A DNA stretch of 34,711 nt from the NCBI RefSeq assembly GCF_006345805.1, contig NW_021832025.1:1-34711 (forward strand). The letters are read 5' to 3'. The notes below the pieces were generated by a model. It was not told the origin of the DNA. It was given only the letters and a program-made list of their open reading frames with translations, and did no database searches. Both the position numbers and the translations under genes were made by a program. Source of the DNA: Octopus sinensis. Taxonomy: Eukaryota. Below are positions 11,261 through 23,777 of the stretch, piece after piece; positions within the stretch are counted from its first letter, which is position 1; each line of letters begins with the position of its first letter.

Positions 11261-12832
11261 GTCTTAACACATATACATGTTTGCATAGAGAGGGAGAGAG
11301 AGAGGCAGACAAATAGACATATGGATGGATAGAGACAGAGAGCGAGAGAGAGGGGATGGATAGTTGGAGAGAGAAAGTGACGAGGAGAGAGAGACGGAGG
11401 AGACAGAGAAATGTGGAAAGGAAAGAGTTCTTGGAAGAAGTTCACAGAGACGAGAATGGGGAAATATGAGGGTGTACAGTTAGGGATATACTGACAGCAT
11501 TTACTAGGGCAGAGCAGGCAAAAAGAGCAAACAAGAAATGAAAAACCAAAACAAAAATAGGGTGTATTAGAGAAAGTAGATGTTAAAGGATAGCTATAAC
11601 AAAATGGTGGATGCATTAGTGGCGACGGGAATGCAATTTGAAAAAAAGAAATGAAGGCGAATGAAGTTGTGAATGAAGTAATTATTGATGTTAATTACAA
11701 AGTAAATGAGTTGGAAAGATGGGAAGAAAATAATAGCAAGGATCGATATGTATTAGATGATAATAAAATAAATTTCTAGGGGAAATTTCAATTCGTGTTT
11801 CTTTATCATTCCTGAGAATATTGGCTTAGGGAAAGAGTATATTTTGGAGAGAAAATTAGAAACTCTGTATAAAAGAAGGCTAGATTAGGGAGATGGGAGA
11901 CGAAGGAGTATTATGGAGATTAATAGATCGATTAGAAGAGTATGTCGATGTGTAAGTATCTGCCTGTTTATGTGCGTATATTTACGTGTGGGGAGAGTAA
12001 AAAGTATAGCGAATAATGAAATAGGAAATGAAAGGGATAGAGATATGTGGGAGATAGAAAGGGATGGAGTTATTGGATGCTGAAATGTGAAAGGCAATTG
12101 AAAGGGAGAAAGTGTAAGAGAGCGTAATACAAGAGTAGGGAGACAAGTAATATTTTGGCAAAGGAAATATAGTAGAAACGAGGAGAATGTGTGAAAGAGC
12201 GTAAGAGAGTGAGTGAGAGAATAAATGAGTGAGTGACAGTTCTGAAGAGACTACATGAGTGAGAGTGATGAAGAGAATAAAGGTGGATGTAAAATTATTG
12301 GGTGAATAACGGAATGGTTGAGAGAAATAAAAGTGTTTGAGTGAGGAACGCGTTACCAATTGTTAGTGAGGGAGGAATCAAAAAATTAGAAGTGATAAAA
12401 AGAGTAGGAGAGAGAGAGAGAGCTTGGGAGATAAAGGCATTGGGTGAGTAAAGTTAGAAATATAGGAATAGGGTGAAAGGGACTGATAATTAAAGGGATG
12501 AATGATGAAGGAAATACAGAAACGATAGTGAAAGTGAAACGGAATGGAAATGAACTGACTGGCAAAATAGGTAAATGGCTACACAGATGTATAGATGGAT
12601 AGATTTATTTATAAAATGTGTGTGTGTGTGTGTGTGTGATTGTATGTGTGTGAAAGAGAGAGTGAGAGAAACAAAGGGAGACAGAGCTACAATGAGAGAG
12701 AGAGAGAGAGAGAGGAGCAATGAGAGAGAGACAGAGAAAATGAAGGAAAGACACGCAAGCAGAAAGACGAGTAGATATACAGGCCGTCAGACGAATATAT
12801 GATGTGATTAAAGAGGTCTGAAGTTATGAAAT

Positions 12833-13114
12833 GAGAGAGAGAGAGAGAGAGGAGGAGGAGGAGGAGGAGGAGAGGAGGAGAAGAAGAAGAAGAAGAAGAA
12901 GAAGAAGAAGAAGAAGAAGAAGAAGAAGATGATGATGATGATGCTGATGATAATGCTGATGATGATGATGATGATGCTGATGATGATGATGATGATGATG
13001 ATCTGGAAAACAAAGAAAAAGGCATTCAAGTTAAATAGAATCGAGGCGATGAAGAATAGGAAGAGTTACAGATATAACGAGCGTACGAAAAGGCGTGAAA
13101 CAGAGAGATAGAAC

Positions 13115-13150
<36 letters not shown>
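12833..13150. repeat. Compound (GA)n-(GGA)n-(GAA)n-(GAT)n microsatellite
   Basis: Read directly. Confidence 0.95.
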
Positions 13151-13157
<7 letters not shown>

Positions 13158-13820
13158 GACAGACAGAGGAATAGAGACAAAAAGGCAGAAAGACAGGCAG
13201 GCAGACAGAGCAAGTGAGTGAGGGACAGATGAACTATATTTTCTTTTGAGATAGGGTTGAGCGTTAGGGAACAGATATTAGAATGAATCTATCACCGACT
13301 AATCAATAACTTGGTCTTCGGCATTACTCCAGAGGAACGAATGGAAATCGCCGATAAGTTAATCAACGAATGTCTAGTCCGTATCCCTTCTTAAATGCCT
13401 TCTCTACTTTTGGTTAATTTTTTTTTTAAATCTGGAAATTATTTAATTTGATTGCAGATAAATAGATGCATCTAACCAGTATAGTGAGGGAGAGCAAAAT
13501 TGTACTGTTTAGATGGTTACATAAATGGCTCCCATTTAATATTTTAATTTTATATATAGAATATGTACATATACATATATAATATATGTATACACACACA
13601 CACACACATATATATATATATGTATGTATGTATGTATGTATTTATGTATGTATGTATGTATGTATGTATGTATGAATGTATGGATATCTGTGTGTACGTA
13701 TAAAATCAAAATATGCAGCAGGATATCAAACAGTAATCCAGTACGACCGTTCCGAGCGACTCCATTTAATTGAACAATGCAATCATTTCCTTAACTTAAA
13801 TACGGTGCTATCTTCAGCTG

Positions 13821-13897
<77 letters not shown>

Positions 13898-13955
13898 ATT
13901 ATATATATATAATGTTTTGTGTGTGTTTCTGTGTGTGTGTATTATATATATATAT

Positions 13956-15270
13956 GGAATCCCCTCACCACTATCCACCCGCCCTTGCCAGAGCACTTCC
14001 GTGGACTGTGCATCTGCTCTCTACCCCCGCACCCGCCCCGGCGTCACCCATCGCCCGTTTCCCATCACCTACCACCCTTCCATCCAACCGCTCCATCCTA
14101 CCATTCTCCGAGCCTTCGGGCGAAACCACTTCGCACATCTTCCGTAACCGACTCCTCCCCTCCTTCAAACGATCCCACAACCTACGAGACCTGTTGGTCC
14201 ACAGCTAATCCAACCTCCCAACCCGGCTAGTTCTCCTGCTCCCACCCACGCTGCTACACTTGTCCCAACCTCTCCAGCACCATCCTCCTCACAAGCACCC
14301 ATCATCGACCCTATCATATCATTGTCTCCTTTACCTGCACTTCTAGTAATGTCTTCTACTGCGTTTCCGGCTCTCTCTATCCTTCTCTATACATCGGTCA
14401 AATGGGACACTGCTTCTCTGACTGGTTCACGGAACACCTCCAAGACATCAGACTCAGCAACGACACCCTCAATTCCCACCATTTCCTCTCTACTGGTCAT
14501 CCATTACAACACCTGTCTGCGTTTGGATTGTCCTTGCACAGGGGGCACCGGACTCCCGTCTTCGCCGTGAACTGAATTTAATCTCTCTTTGCTCCTTTGA
14601 GTCACATCGGATCGACACTCCTCCCCCTTCATCTAAACCTCCTCCTCTCTTCTCTCTTCCTATCACAGCTACTTCATCCCCCTACTCTACTCTCTTGTCA
14701 TGAAACCTACTTCCCCTCTTCACTCCTTACCGCCTTCTCACTTCCACCCTCTCCCTTAATCGTCACTCCTCCCTCGTTAACCCACCTCTACACATTCCAA
14801 CCACACCATTCCTATACATCCCACCCCATCCCTTTCGCTCCGCCCTTGCCTCTCCACTCTCGCCTCCCCCACACCCCAACACCACCACACCACACACCGC
14901 CACATCAAAAAACCACCACACCACACACCACCATACCACAGAACACCACATCACCCACCCCCTTCCACACGCACATACACGCTCTCACATACATACGCAC
15001 GCGTACCTCCGATTTGGGATCACCACTACTTTATTATCTCCCTCACCTTCTTCCTAGCTCTCCTGTGTGCTACCTCTGTCCGGCATTCACCATGATAGAT
15101 CGCTAGCCACTAAACTTATTTTTTATTTTCTCTCCCTGTTTATTTGTGTGTTCCTTTCTGTCGAAGAGCGTAGGCTCGAAACGTGACTTTCTCACTTCCC
15201 GAGCTTTGAATTAATACATCTGTTTTTTGTTTACACTCCATCTTCGTCTTTTATTTTTTGTAAATTCTCA
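13956..15270 (+). mobile_element. 5'-truncated Penelope-like element: linker, GIY-YIG endonuclease pseudogene and C-rich 3' region
   Basis: PITYHP, SFKRSHNLRDLLVHS, CSHPRCYTCP, FTCTSSNVFYC...LYIGQ...FTEHLQDI, HFLSTGH. It is flanked by (TA)n and has a hammerhead-like motif near the 3' end. Confidence 0.88.
15153..15190 (+). ncRNA. Degenerate minimal hammerhead-like motif
   Basis: TCGAAGA-GCGTAGGCTC-GAAACGT. The homologous copy at 22921-22960 (-) has the canonical CTGAAGA. Confidence 0.45.
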
Positions 15271-15323
15271 CTCTCTCTATATATATAGACATATATAGAC
15301 ATACACATATGCACAGGCACACG

Positions 15324-15359
<36 letters not shown>

Positions 15360-15383
15360 TATATATATTATATATATATATTA

Positions 15384-15415
<32 letters not shown>

Positions 15416-15696
15416 GTGTATATATGTATGTATGTATTTAAATATATGTATTTATTAAATTTTAAACACCAGAAGTTACAAAATTCCTCAAGCGGGTAGA
15501 GAGATTCACCTTGAAACTTCTACCAGATAAAAAAATAACATATATACACGAGTTTTAGTTCTATTTTTATTTCATTTTATTACCAAACACACACACACTA
15601 ACATACACGCACGCACACACACACACAAACACACCGATACACATACAGTGACACACGCACACACATACACCAACACAAGCGCCCGCGTATCTATAT

Positions 15697-15727
<31 letters not shown>

Positions 15728-16072
15728 ATACGTTCTATATTATATATATATATATATTACGTATCTATATTATATATATATATATATATATTTCAACAAT
15801 TGAGGGTAAAATTAATTAATTATTAATCAATTTCACCAAGTATTCAGTATGCAAAGGGACCATTTAGGCGAATTCAAATTATTACATTATATAAAAGGGC
15901 TTAGTAAAATAAATTACTTTGCCGCATACTGAACTCATTAGAAAAGTAGCTAAAAAAACTTTTTAAACTATTTCTAATACTTAAAGAAAACCTCTCTCAT
16001 ATAGTGTTTGCTCAATTCAACTCACGAAAGTATGGGGGTAAAGACATTAAAAAATCAAATGCAAAGGTTATT

Positions 16073-16124
16073 TGAGAACGTACGTTTCAAGATTAGTCAA
16101 CTCGACATTTCTATCATCAGCTCA
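16073..16124 (-). ncRNA. Type I hammerhead ribozyme motif
   Basis: Reverse complement of the motif at 16557-16608. Confidence 0.65.
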
Positions 16125-16556
16125 GAACTCCTTGGTTTGGATTTGAAACACTGAAAGTGGGAGCATACCCTTTCGGCTTCTTATCGCTTCTGAAGATCTG
16201 CTCGAAACTAACAGTGCCAGCAAACTCAAATATGCAAGCGAAGAATTTCTGCTCTCCCCTTTCCACCAGCGTGGGTTAAAATCAGTAAACATTATGCTTT
16301 TTCGGTAAATCCGAAGCATTAAATAGAGAGATGAATTATAATTTCAACAATTGAGGGTAAAATTAATTATTATTAATCAATTTCACCAAGTATTCAGTAT
16401 GCAAAGGGACCATTTAAGGCGAATTCAAATTATTACATTATATAAAAGGGCTTAGTAAAATAAATTACTTTGCCGCATACTGAACTCATAAGAAATAATA
16501 GCTAAAAAAACTTTTTTAAAACTATTTCTAATACTTAAAGAAAACCCAAGGAGTTC

Positions 16557-16608
16557 TGAGCTGATGATAGAAATGTCGAGTTGACTAATCTTGAAACGTA
16601 CGTTCTCA
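16557..16608 (+). ncRNA. Type I hammerhead ribozyme motif
   Basis: TGAG-CTGATGA-(25 nt)-GAAAC-GTAC-GTT-CTCA. Stem I is TGAG/CTCA and stem III is the palindrome AACGTACGTT. Confidence 0.65.
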
Positions 16609-16809
16609 AATAACCTTTGCATTTGATTTTTTAATGTCTTTACCCCCATACTTTCGTGAGTTGAATTGAGCAAACACTATATGAGAGAGGTTTTCTTTAA
16701 GTATTAGAAATAGTTTAAAAAAGTTTTTTTAGCTACTATTTCTAATGAGTTCAGTATGCGGCAAAGTAATTTATTTTACTAAGCCCTTTTATATAATGTA
16801 ATAATTTGA

Positions 16810-16841
<32 letters not shown>

Positions 16842-16845
16842 CGTA

Positions 16846-16911
<66 letters not shown>

Positions 16912-18439
16912 CGTATGCCTTAAGACCCGTGGGCAATTACTGCAAACGGTGATGGTATGAATACATTTCAGCTAAAAGTTGATATGAATGCTGAACGCAA
17001 CAAATTCTTATACATTTGATTAACATAATTTTAACATAACCACAATAAATGATGGAAATAATTGTCTGAGAGAAGGCTAAGACAATTGGGCTTTAGTTCG
17101 CACTTTTATGAAGTTCGCTATCACAGTTATCAGTCACAGAAGTGGAATTAAAAAAGATTTTACCTAAGGACAATTGAGTGTGCTTTTAAGATTCCCGGTG
17201 GTCTATTAAACACGAGCAAATAATTGAACGCAATTAGGCGCCAGGAATTATTCAGATAGAAACGAGTAACAGAAAACCTGTATGTATGAACTGATGTGAA
17301 TATATCTACAGGATAATAAAGAAGTGGTTTGAAAAGAAGAAATTGGAAGTTAAGTCACTCAATTACTCCGTTTCCGCTATTCACTCATTAACAAAACCAG
17401 TTAATTGGAGTAGCAAGAACAGCAAAATAATCGGCGGTAATAACAAAAATGGTTTCCGATTAAGGCACGAGGGAAAAATTTTAAGTGAAGATGTCAGGCC
17501 GTTACATTAGAGACCCTGAAGCCATGAAACACAATTTTAATCTCGGTGGGGGCCTTTTAATTGCCTCAGAAGCGTCAGTGAGAAGAATAATTGCACATAG
17601 ACTGGTTAGAATTAGTACGAGTGCAAATATAAATAAAAATTGGATGAGGGGAAAATAAAAGGTTGGTGAGCGAAAGATGAGATGAAAATTAAAAGTATAT
17701 ATTGTATAAAAAAAAATATACAAAAACAAAGATGATGCAGTTCTACTGATACAGAAACGACTTGTACTCTGACCGGGTTATATAGTTTTATACAGGAGAG
17801 CGCCCTTCAAGGAATCTCATAACTCGAAGATCATCCACCCTACAAAGGTGTGAACCCTCTTTCAATTACATTCGAGTCTAAATGTGCTTGCTGAGAGCAG
17901 GTCCATACATTTTCGCATTATCACCACAACACACATTTGAGTAAATCACTTCCTGATCCAGACAAACTTTCCTTTTAATGTGCAACTTGAAAAGATCAGA
18001 AAAGGACGGTCTCTATCCTCAATAATTTCAGCTTTGTTCTCTGCCTACTGTCTTTTGTCACAGCCTACACCCAGAAGAAAACAGCCTGCCCAGCAATGAA
18101 AAAAAAAAGTAAAAGATTAATCCGAAACACAAAATATAGTATGTGTTTATACACACCTGGATATATTGAAATTTAAATATCTTTTAGTGCATACATACGT
18201 GCGTACTGATTCGTGAATGCTGTTATGTGTGTGTTTCTGGCGGTCATGACAAAGCGCGTGTTTTGGGCATTTTTGTACCTAATAGAGAATAAGATGGGAG
18301 ACACAGATAGTCAGGCACACAGATGGACACACAGACAGACAAGCTGAGTGGCAGAGAAGGAGAAACATGAGAATCTACTTCAGTAGGGAACTGGTAATAT
18401 TTTTCATTGATACCAAAGAGATGAAAGTTAATTATATAT

Positions 18440-18993
18440 AAGTATGTGTGTGTTTGGGTGCGTACGTGCGTGAGTGTGTGTGCGTGAGTGTGCGTACGTG
18501 CAGGCATTTGTATGTGCATTCATGCATAGTTGCATATGTAGCTACTTTACACAAGGCTGAATGCGTGTAAAATGTGTACATGCACACTTATATTTCTGTA
18601 CTTCTCTATGCTCGCGTAGAAACATGGACACATAGATGCGTACACATATACGTATACTCACAGACACACACACTCACACATACACACACACAGACAAACA
18701 CACGCACACATACACATACACACATATATAAATGCAGGCACATAGTGAGATTTAAGAACTTACGTATATGGACATATGTGTGTGTTTGCACTCGTATATA
18801 TTAATGAGAATGCGAGAATGTAAGTGCTTGTATGTGTGTTAGTGCATATATATGTGTATGTGTTTGTGTTTGTGTGTGTGTGCTGTTGTCCGCGCACGTG
18901 TGAGTGTTAATGTATGTTTGCGTGTATATATATATGTGTACACATATGCATAATATATATGTATATATGTACATATATATATCTATACATGTG

Positions 18994-19033
<40 letters not shown>

Positions 19034-19225
19034 CATATATATATACATACAAAGATATATATATGTATGTATACGTATAGTGTGTGCGTGTATACATACA
19101 TACAAATATAGATGCGTATATATGTATATATATATATATGTATATGTATATGTATACGTATGTAGGTATCTATGTATATATATATATATATACATATATA
19201 TGTATGTATATATCTGTGTCTGTGT

Positions 19226-19257
<32 letters not shown>

Positions 19258-19290
19258 TGTGTGTGTGTGTGTGTGTGTGTGTGTGTCTAT
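18440..19290. repeat. Mixed (CA)n/(TG)n/(TA)n low-complexity region
   Basis: Read directly. Confidence 0.9.
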
Positions 19291-19759
19291 ATGTTAGCAT
19301 ATATACGATACTCGAATCTCATCATGGAATATAGCCTGCAGAGTGTCTGGTAGTTGTAGTTTTGTGTGGCTTCTTCAGGTGGTAATAAGCAAATGAAAGT
19401 CATTAACGTAAGTGCAATTATACCTCTTTATTTGCTGCACATGTTGATCACTCTCCTTGTATTTCATCAGGTTCGAAAGATAATAGTTATACTAATCTAC
19501 TATCCGTTGAGACTGTCCGGGAATTCCTTTACATATCGAAAACTTGTATCAACGCACTTCTTATATTTCTTTAAAAAAAAAAAAAACTAGCCTGCGCCTT
19601 GTCATGCTTTTGTGTCTTTTTCCATGACATAGTTGATTAATAAATTAATTGAAAACTCTTGTTTCGATAGTCAATCAGAACATTTCATAACCTTCGCTGT
19701 TTATTCAGTAAAATGTTAAATATATATCGCTCAATTATATACACAATCAGGGTGGGGAG

Positions 19760-19950
19760 CTGGGAGAGTCGTTAGTACTCCGGAATAAATGCTTAGTGGC
19801 CTTTCGTCTGTCTTTGCGCTATGAGTTAATATTTCACCGAGGATGACTTGATATTTCGGGGTCGATAAAACAATTAGCAGTCAAATACTGGGGTCGATCT
19901 AATCAGCTTTATCCCTTGCCGGCCTTGTGCAAAAATCTGAATTTATTGTT
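19760..19950 (+). mobile_element. Degenerate SINE-like repeat
   Basis: GGGGTCGATAAAA...ACTGGGGTCGAT core shared with 20278-20390 and 29865-30110. Confidence 0.65.
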
Positions 19951-20277
19951 ATTAATACTACTATCACATGTAATTATAGTATTATATTTTTTTTAGCAAG
20001 CATCACCTCGTATTTATTTTTAAGTAATTATCAACAATTTTGTTTTCCGAAGTTTTATTGTTTACTGAAACTGAAAGACTTTAACGTTCTTGTTACTAGT
20101 ACTGCTAATATATTAATTTTACTGTTTCTGCTACTAATACTACAACTAGTAGTGTTGTAAGTACTACTTATACAGTCAGTGTTACCTCTTCTCCCTGTTG
20201 TCTCTATTCTGTGGTCATGAAATGATAGTTATTCTTCTTTAAAGTCATTAGATTTTATTTCTATGAGACTATACAAT

Positions 20278-20390
20278 GATTTGCTTTTCATCCTTTCAGG
20301 TTCGATAAAATAAGAACCATTCGAGCACTGGGATCGATATAATCAATTTACCGCCCAATCGGATCTTGCTAACCAAAATTTGAAATCAAT
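20278..20390 (+). mobile_element. Fragment of the same SINE-like family
   Basis: TTTCATCCTTTCAGGTTCGATAAAATAAG...GAGCACTGGGATCGAT. Confidence 0.6.
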
Positions 20391-20395
20391 TACAT

Positions 20396-20788
20396 AGGCG
20401 TAGGAGTGACTGTGTGGTAAGTAGCTTGCTTACGAACCACATGGTACTGGGTCCAGTCCCATTGCGTAGCACCTTGGGCAAGTGTCTTCTACTATAGCCT
20501 CAGACCGACCAAAGCCTTGTGAGTGGATTTGGTAGACGGAAACTGAAAGAAGCTCGTCGTATATATATATATATGTGTATGTGTATCTGTGTTTGTCCCC
20601 ACAACATCGCTTGACAACAGATCTGGTGTGTTTATGTCCCCATAACTTAGCGGTTGGGCAAAAGAGACCGACAGAATAAGTACTAGGCTTACAAAGAATA
20701 AGTCCTGGGGTCCATTTGCTCAACTAAAGGCGTTGCTCCAGCATGGCCACAGTCAAATGACTGAAACAAGTAAAAGAGTAAAAGAGTA
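20396..20788 (+). mobile_element. Full-length SINE with a tRNA-like head, an internal microsatellite and a CR1/L2-like 3' tail
   Basis: A-box-like GTGACTGTGTGG and B-box-like GGTCCAGTCC, followed by CCTTGGGCAAG. The tail matches LINE 1181-1219 and ends in (AGTAAAAG)n. Confidence 0.85.
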
Positions 20789-22079
20789 CATTCCCATACG
20801 TAAAACAATTAGTCAACCACATAAAGATCATGTACCTATATACATATTGTGTAGTAGAATAAATGAATGAACGTATGTAGTGGTATTACAAAATCATATT
20901 TCTTTCTTCTTTGCTCACAGATGACGATTTGTCATACACCAAAACGCATGAGCAAATGTTTGCTGATTTCTATAAACAAGAGTTCGTGCGTTTATGAGAT
21001 TCATCAGTCTGGTGTGGTAGATTTCACATAAGAGACACACAACATGTTTGAAACACAGCACCTTCTCAAAGAACCCTAAAACCGGTGACTTGTGTGTCTC
21101 CTGAAAACATTTAGTGGGAAGTAACGAAAACATTTAGTGGGAAGTATGATAATGAAAAATTAGCAGCGATCAGATTTTCACGCTTGATCATGCCAGAACG
21201 TATTAAGAATGAATAGATACGTTATTTGGATTTTCAATGTACGATGTCCACAACATGAATTATTATCCGTTTTTTGAATGAATGAAATATCAATCTGTGT
21301 GCATTTTGAATTGCTAATTGTCTACGAAAGACCTTCGTGAAATTGAAGTATATAGGACATATATATTTTATCTTTGGAGTAAATATCACTAAGGAAGAGA
21401 GGGCAAGTGCAAGCATATATCTATATATGTGGGTACGGTGAATGTAAGTGCGCATGCATCGATGAATGTATATATGTATTTAAGAATCTGTGTGTGCCTT
21501 TCATTGTGTATGGACTAAGGTATATGCATGTTATATAGGTCAACCTGCCTTTTAAGGGTATTAGTGAATATATTTTATCCCACTGGAGTTACATATGCAT
21601 TGCAATTTGATATTGCATGTTAATTGAGCACTCACATAGGTGTTTACATGAAAATATACTCTCTATATGTTGAGTGGCTTTTAGCATAATTTATTATTTT
21701 AATAGGAATTATTTACAGATAAATTCCAATGGCTGAGCAATATTTAACACCAGGTAAAGTTTCAACAGTCAAAATGAGTGTATTTGAAATTCATACCATT
21801 TCAACATTTTACGATAATCTTTACGATATACACTATAATATTCAAATTGAGTTTGTTTCTTCTCCTACTGATGAAGCCATTGCATGTGTATAGATATAAT
21901 TCCATCTCAACCTAATTGCAAGAAACACAGTTTTATGCCCGTGGTAAGATAGATTCGTTTTATAATATGCATAACCGATTTACTTTCATTCGTCATTTCG
22001 TCTATATTAATCAATATATGTTATTATATTATAGGATGTCTCTAAATTTAGAGTTATTGTAATAGCTTTAAATTAATAC

Positions 22080-22139
<60 letters not shown>

Positions 22140-22196
22140 ATATATATATATATATATAATATTTTATATATGTATATATGTGTTGATGTATATATG

Positions 22197-22242
<46 letters not shown>

Positions 22243-22807
22243 ATATATATATGTTGTATGTATGTATGCATGTATGTATGTATATATGTATATATATATA
22301 TATCGTATAAGTTAGATTTAATTTCATATTGCATTAGTTTATATCGAGCCGTCAGATTGACTACGCATGAAAGTAGAATTTCGTTATACGAAGCATTATA
22401 TTTTATTGATAAATATCATTTTGTTAACACCTAGCGGTATTTTGATTTGAATGTTAAATTCAGATAGTCTAGTACTCTTGAGTGAGTGGATCTATAATCA
22501 AAGGAAATCACTTTTGAAGTTCATACTGTTCCTACAGCTTAGGATAATATTTGCAATGTAAACATTAATTTTCAAATGGAATTTTTCTTTCTCATCAGCT
22601 GATGAAAGGTTTGCATGTGTATATAATTTTATACTCATGTAACTGGTAGAAGTATAGTTTTATATCCAGAATAAGATATATGTATTTATTTTGATATATG
22701 GACGAGCAAATTTCAAATAGTCACTTCGTTTTAATTATTTGTTATATCTTACATACATGTAAATATATACATATACATAAATCTTTATATATAAATATAA
22801 ATATATA

Positions 22808-22857
<50 letters not shown>

Positions 22858-22920
22858 GTTGAAATTTATAGAAAAACAGAAGAGGCGAAGACAGGTGCAT
22901 AAAGAACAAGAAAGTGATAA

Positions 22921-22960
22921 AGTCTTTTATGTTTCGAGCCTAAACTCTTCAGCAGAAAGG
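22921..22960 (-). ncRNA. Minimal hammerhead-like motif
   Basis: The minus strand reads CCTTTCTG-CTGAAGA-GTTTAGGCTC-GAAAC-ATAAAAG. Confidence 0.5.
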
Positions 22961-23589
22961 AACACGAAGTAATAAACAGAGAGAGAATTAAAAAGAAACA
23001 CTTGTGGATTTAGCGGTCAATCATGGCGACTGGTTGGAGAAAGGTTGTTGGACAGGAGAGCTAGGAATAAAGGGAGATAATAAAAGTACTAGTGATCTCA
23101 AAACAAAGCCGCGCCTGCGAATGTGTATGTGAGAATGTGTGTGCGCAAGTGGATAGAGGCTGGTGACTTTGACGTGTGGATGTGTGCGTCTGTAATGTGA
23201 GGGTGTGTGAATCGAGGTGTGGTGGTGTGGCAGTGTGGAGATGTGAGAGCGGGGTATGAGTTTGGGATGAGGATATGGGGGTGGGGTGAGAATGTGAGGG
23301 TGGATGTAGAGGTGGATGTAGAGGTGGAGGTGTAGGGGAGGGGAGGCGTATGAGGGAGTGGGATGTGTGTGGGCGGTGTGTGGGTTGAAGGGACATCAAT
23401 GAAAGGAGAATGTGGGTAGGAGTGAAGAGAGGAAGTAAGTATCAGATTAAGAGAGGAGTCAGATAAAGAAGGGAGGGAGTTAAGCCTATGTGGCGCAAAG
23501 GAGTGAAGAGAGAATATTGATTCCTGTTCACGGCGAAGAGGGGAGACCAGATGACCCTGTGCAAAGACAATCCGAACACTATACCATAT

Positions 23590-23715
23590 GTGACTCCAGT
23601 CCGACCCTCCACATCGCATATCTTCCCAACATACCCCTTTCCTCCTTCAAACGAGCCCACAACCTAATGATCTCCTGATCCACATTTTTTTCCCTAACTC
23701 CACCTCCCAACCAAG
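23590..23715 (+). mobile_element. Opposite-strand fragment of the same PLE family
   Basis: TCCTTCAAACGAGCCCACAACCT (SFKRAHNL) matches 14161-14182. Confidence 0.75.
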
Positions 23716-23731
23716 TTCGAAATTTCCCCAA

Positions 23732-23777
23732 GACACCTGATGAAGGCTGAAGGATATATCAGCCGAAACATTGTGTT
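23732..23777 (+). ncRNA. Type I hammerhead ribozyme motif in a PLE terminal fragment (about 23720-23867)
   Basis: GACAC-CTGATGA-A-GGCTGA(AGGATATA)TCAGCC-GAAAC-ATT-GTGTT. Stem II has 6 bp and stem I is GACAC/GTGTT. Confidence 0.75.

Larger units (their letters stand above)
15791..16810 (-). mobile_element. Non-coding tandem plus inverted repeat element with hammerhead motifs (PLE pLTR or retrozyme-like)
   Basis: 15791-15992 is directly repeated at 16342-16546 (period 551). 16547-16810 is the reverse complement of about 15871-16134. It is embedded in (TA)n. Confidence 0.85.

Noticed and set aside
14597-15106. Pro/His/Thr-rich ORF, and similar ORFs at 23061-23619
   Set aside because: This is the C-rich PLE 3' region. 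The peptide is not convincingly conserved between the two copies.
17740-18100. Unique mid-GC block after an acceptor-like TTTTATACAG
   Set aside because: All three frames close within about 30 codons and no motif is recognisable.
21103-21146. 21-bp direct repeat GAAAACATTTAGTGGGAAGTA x2
   Set aside because: Only two copies with a 2-bp spacer. This is a simple tandem duplication, not CRISPR or a TSD.
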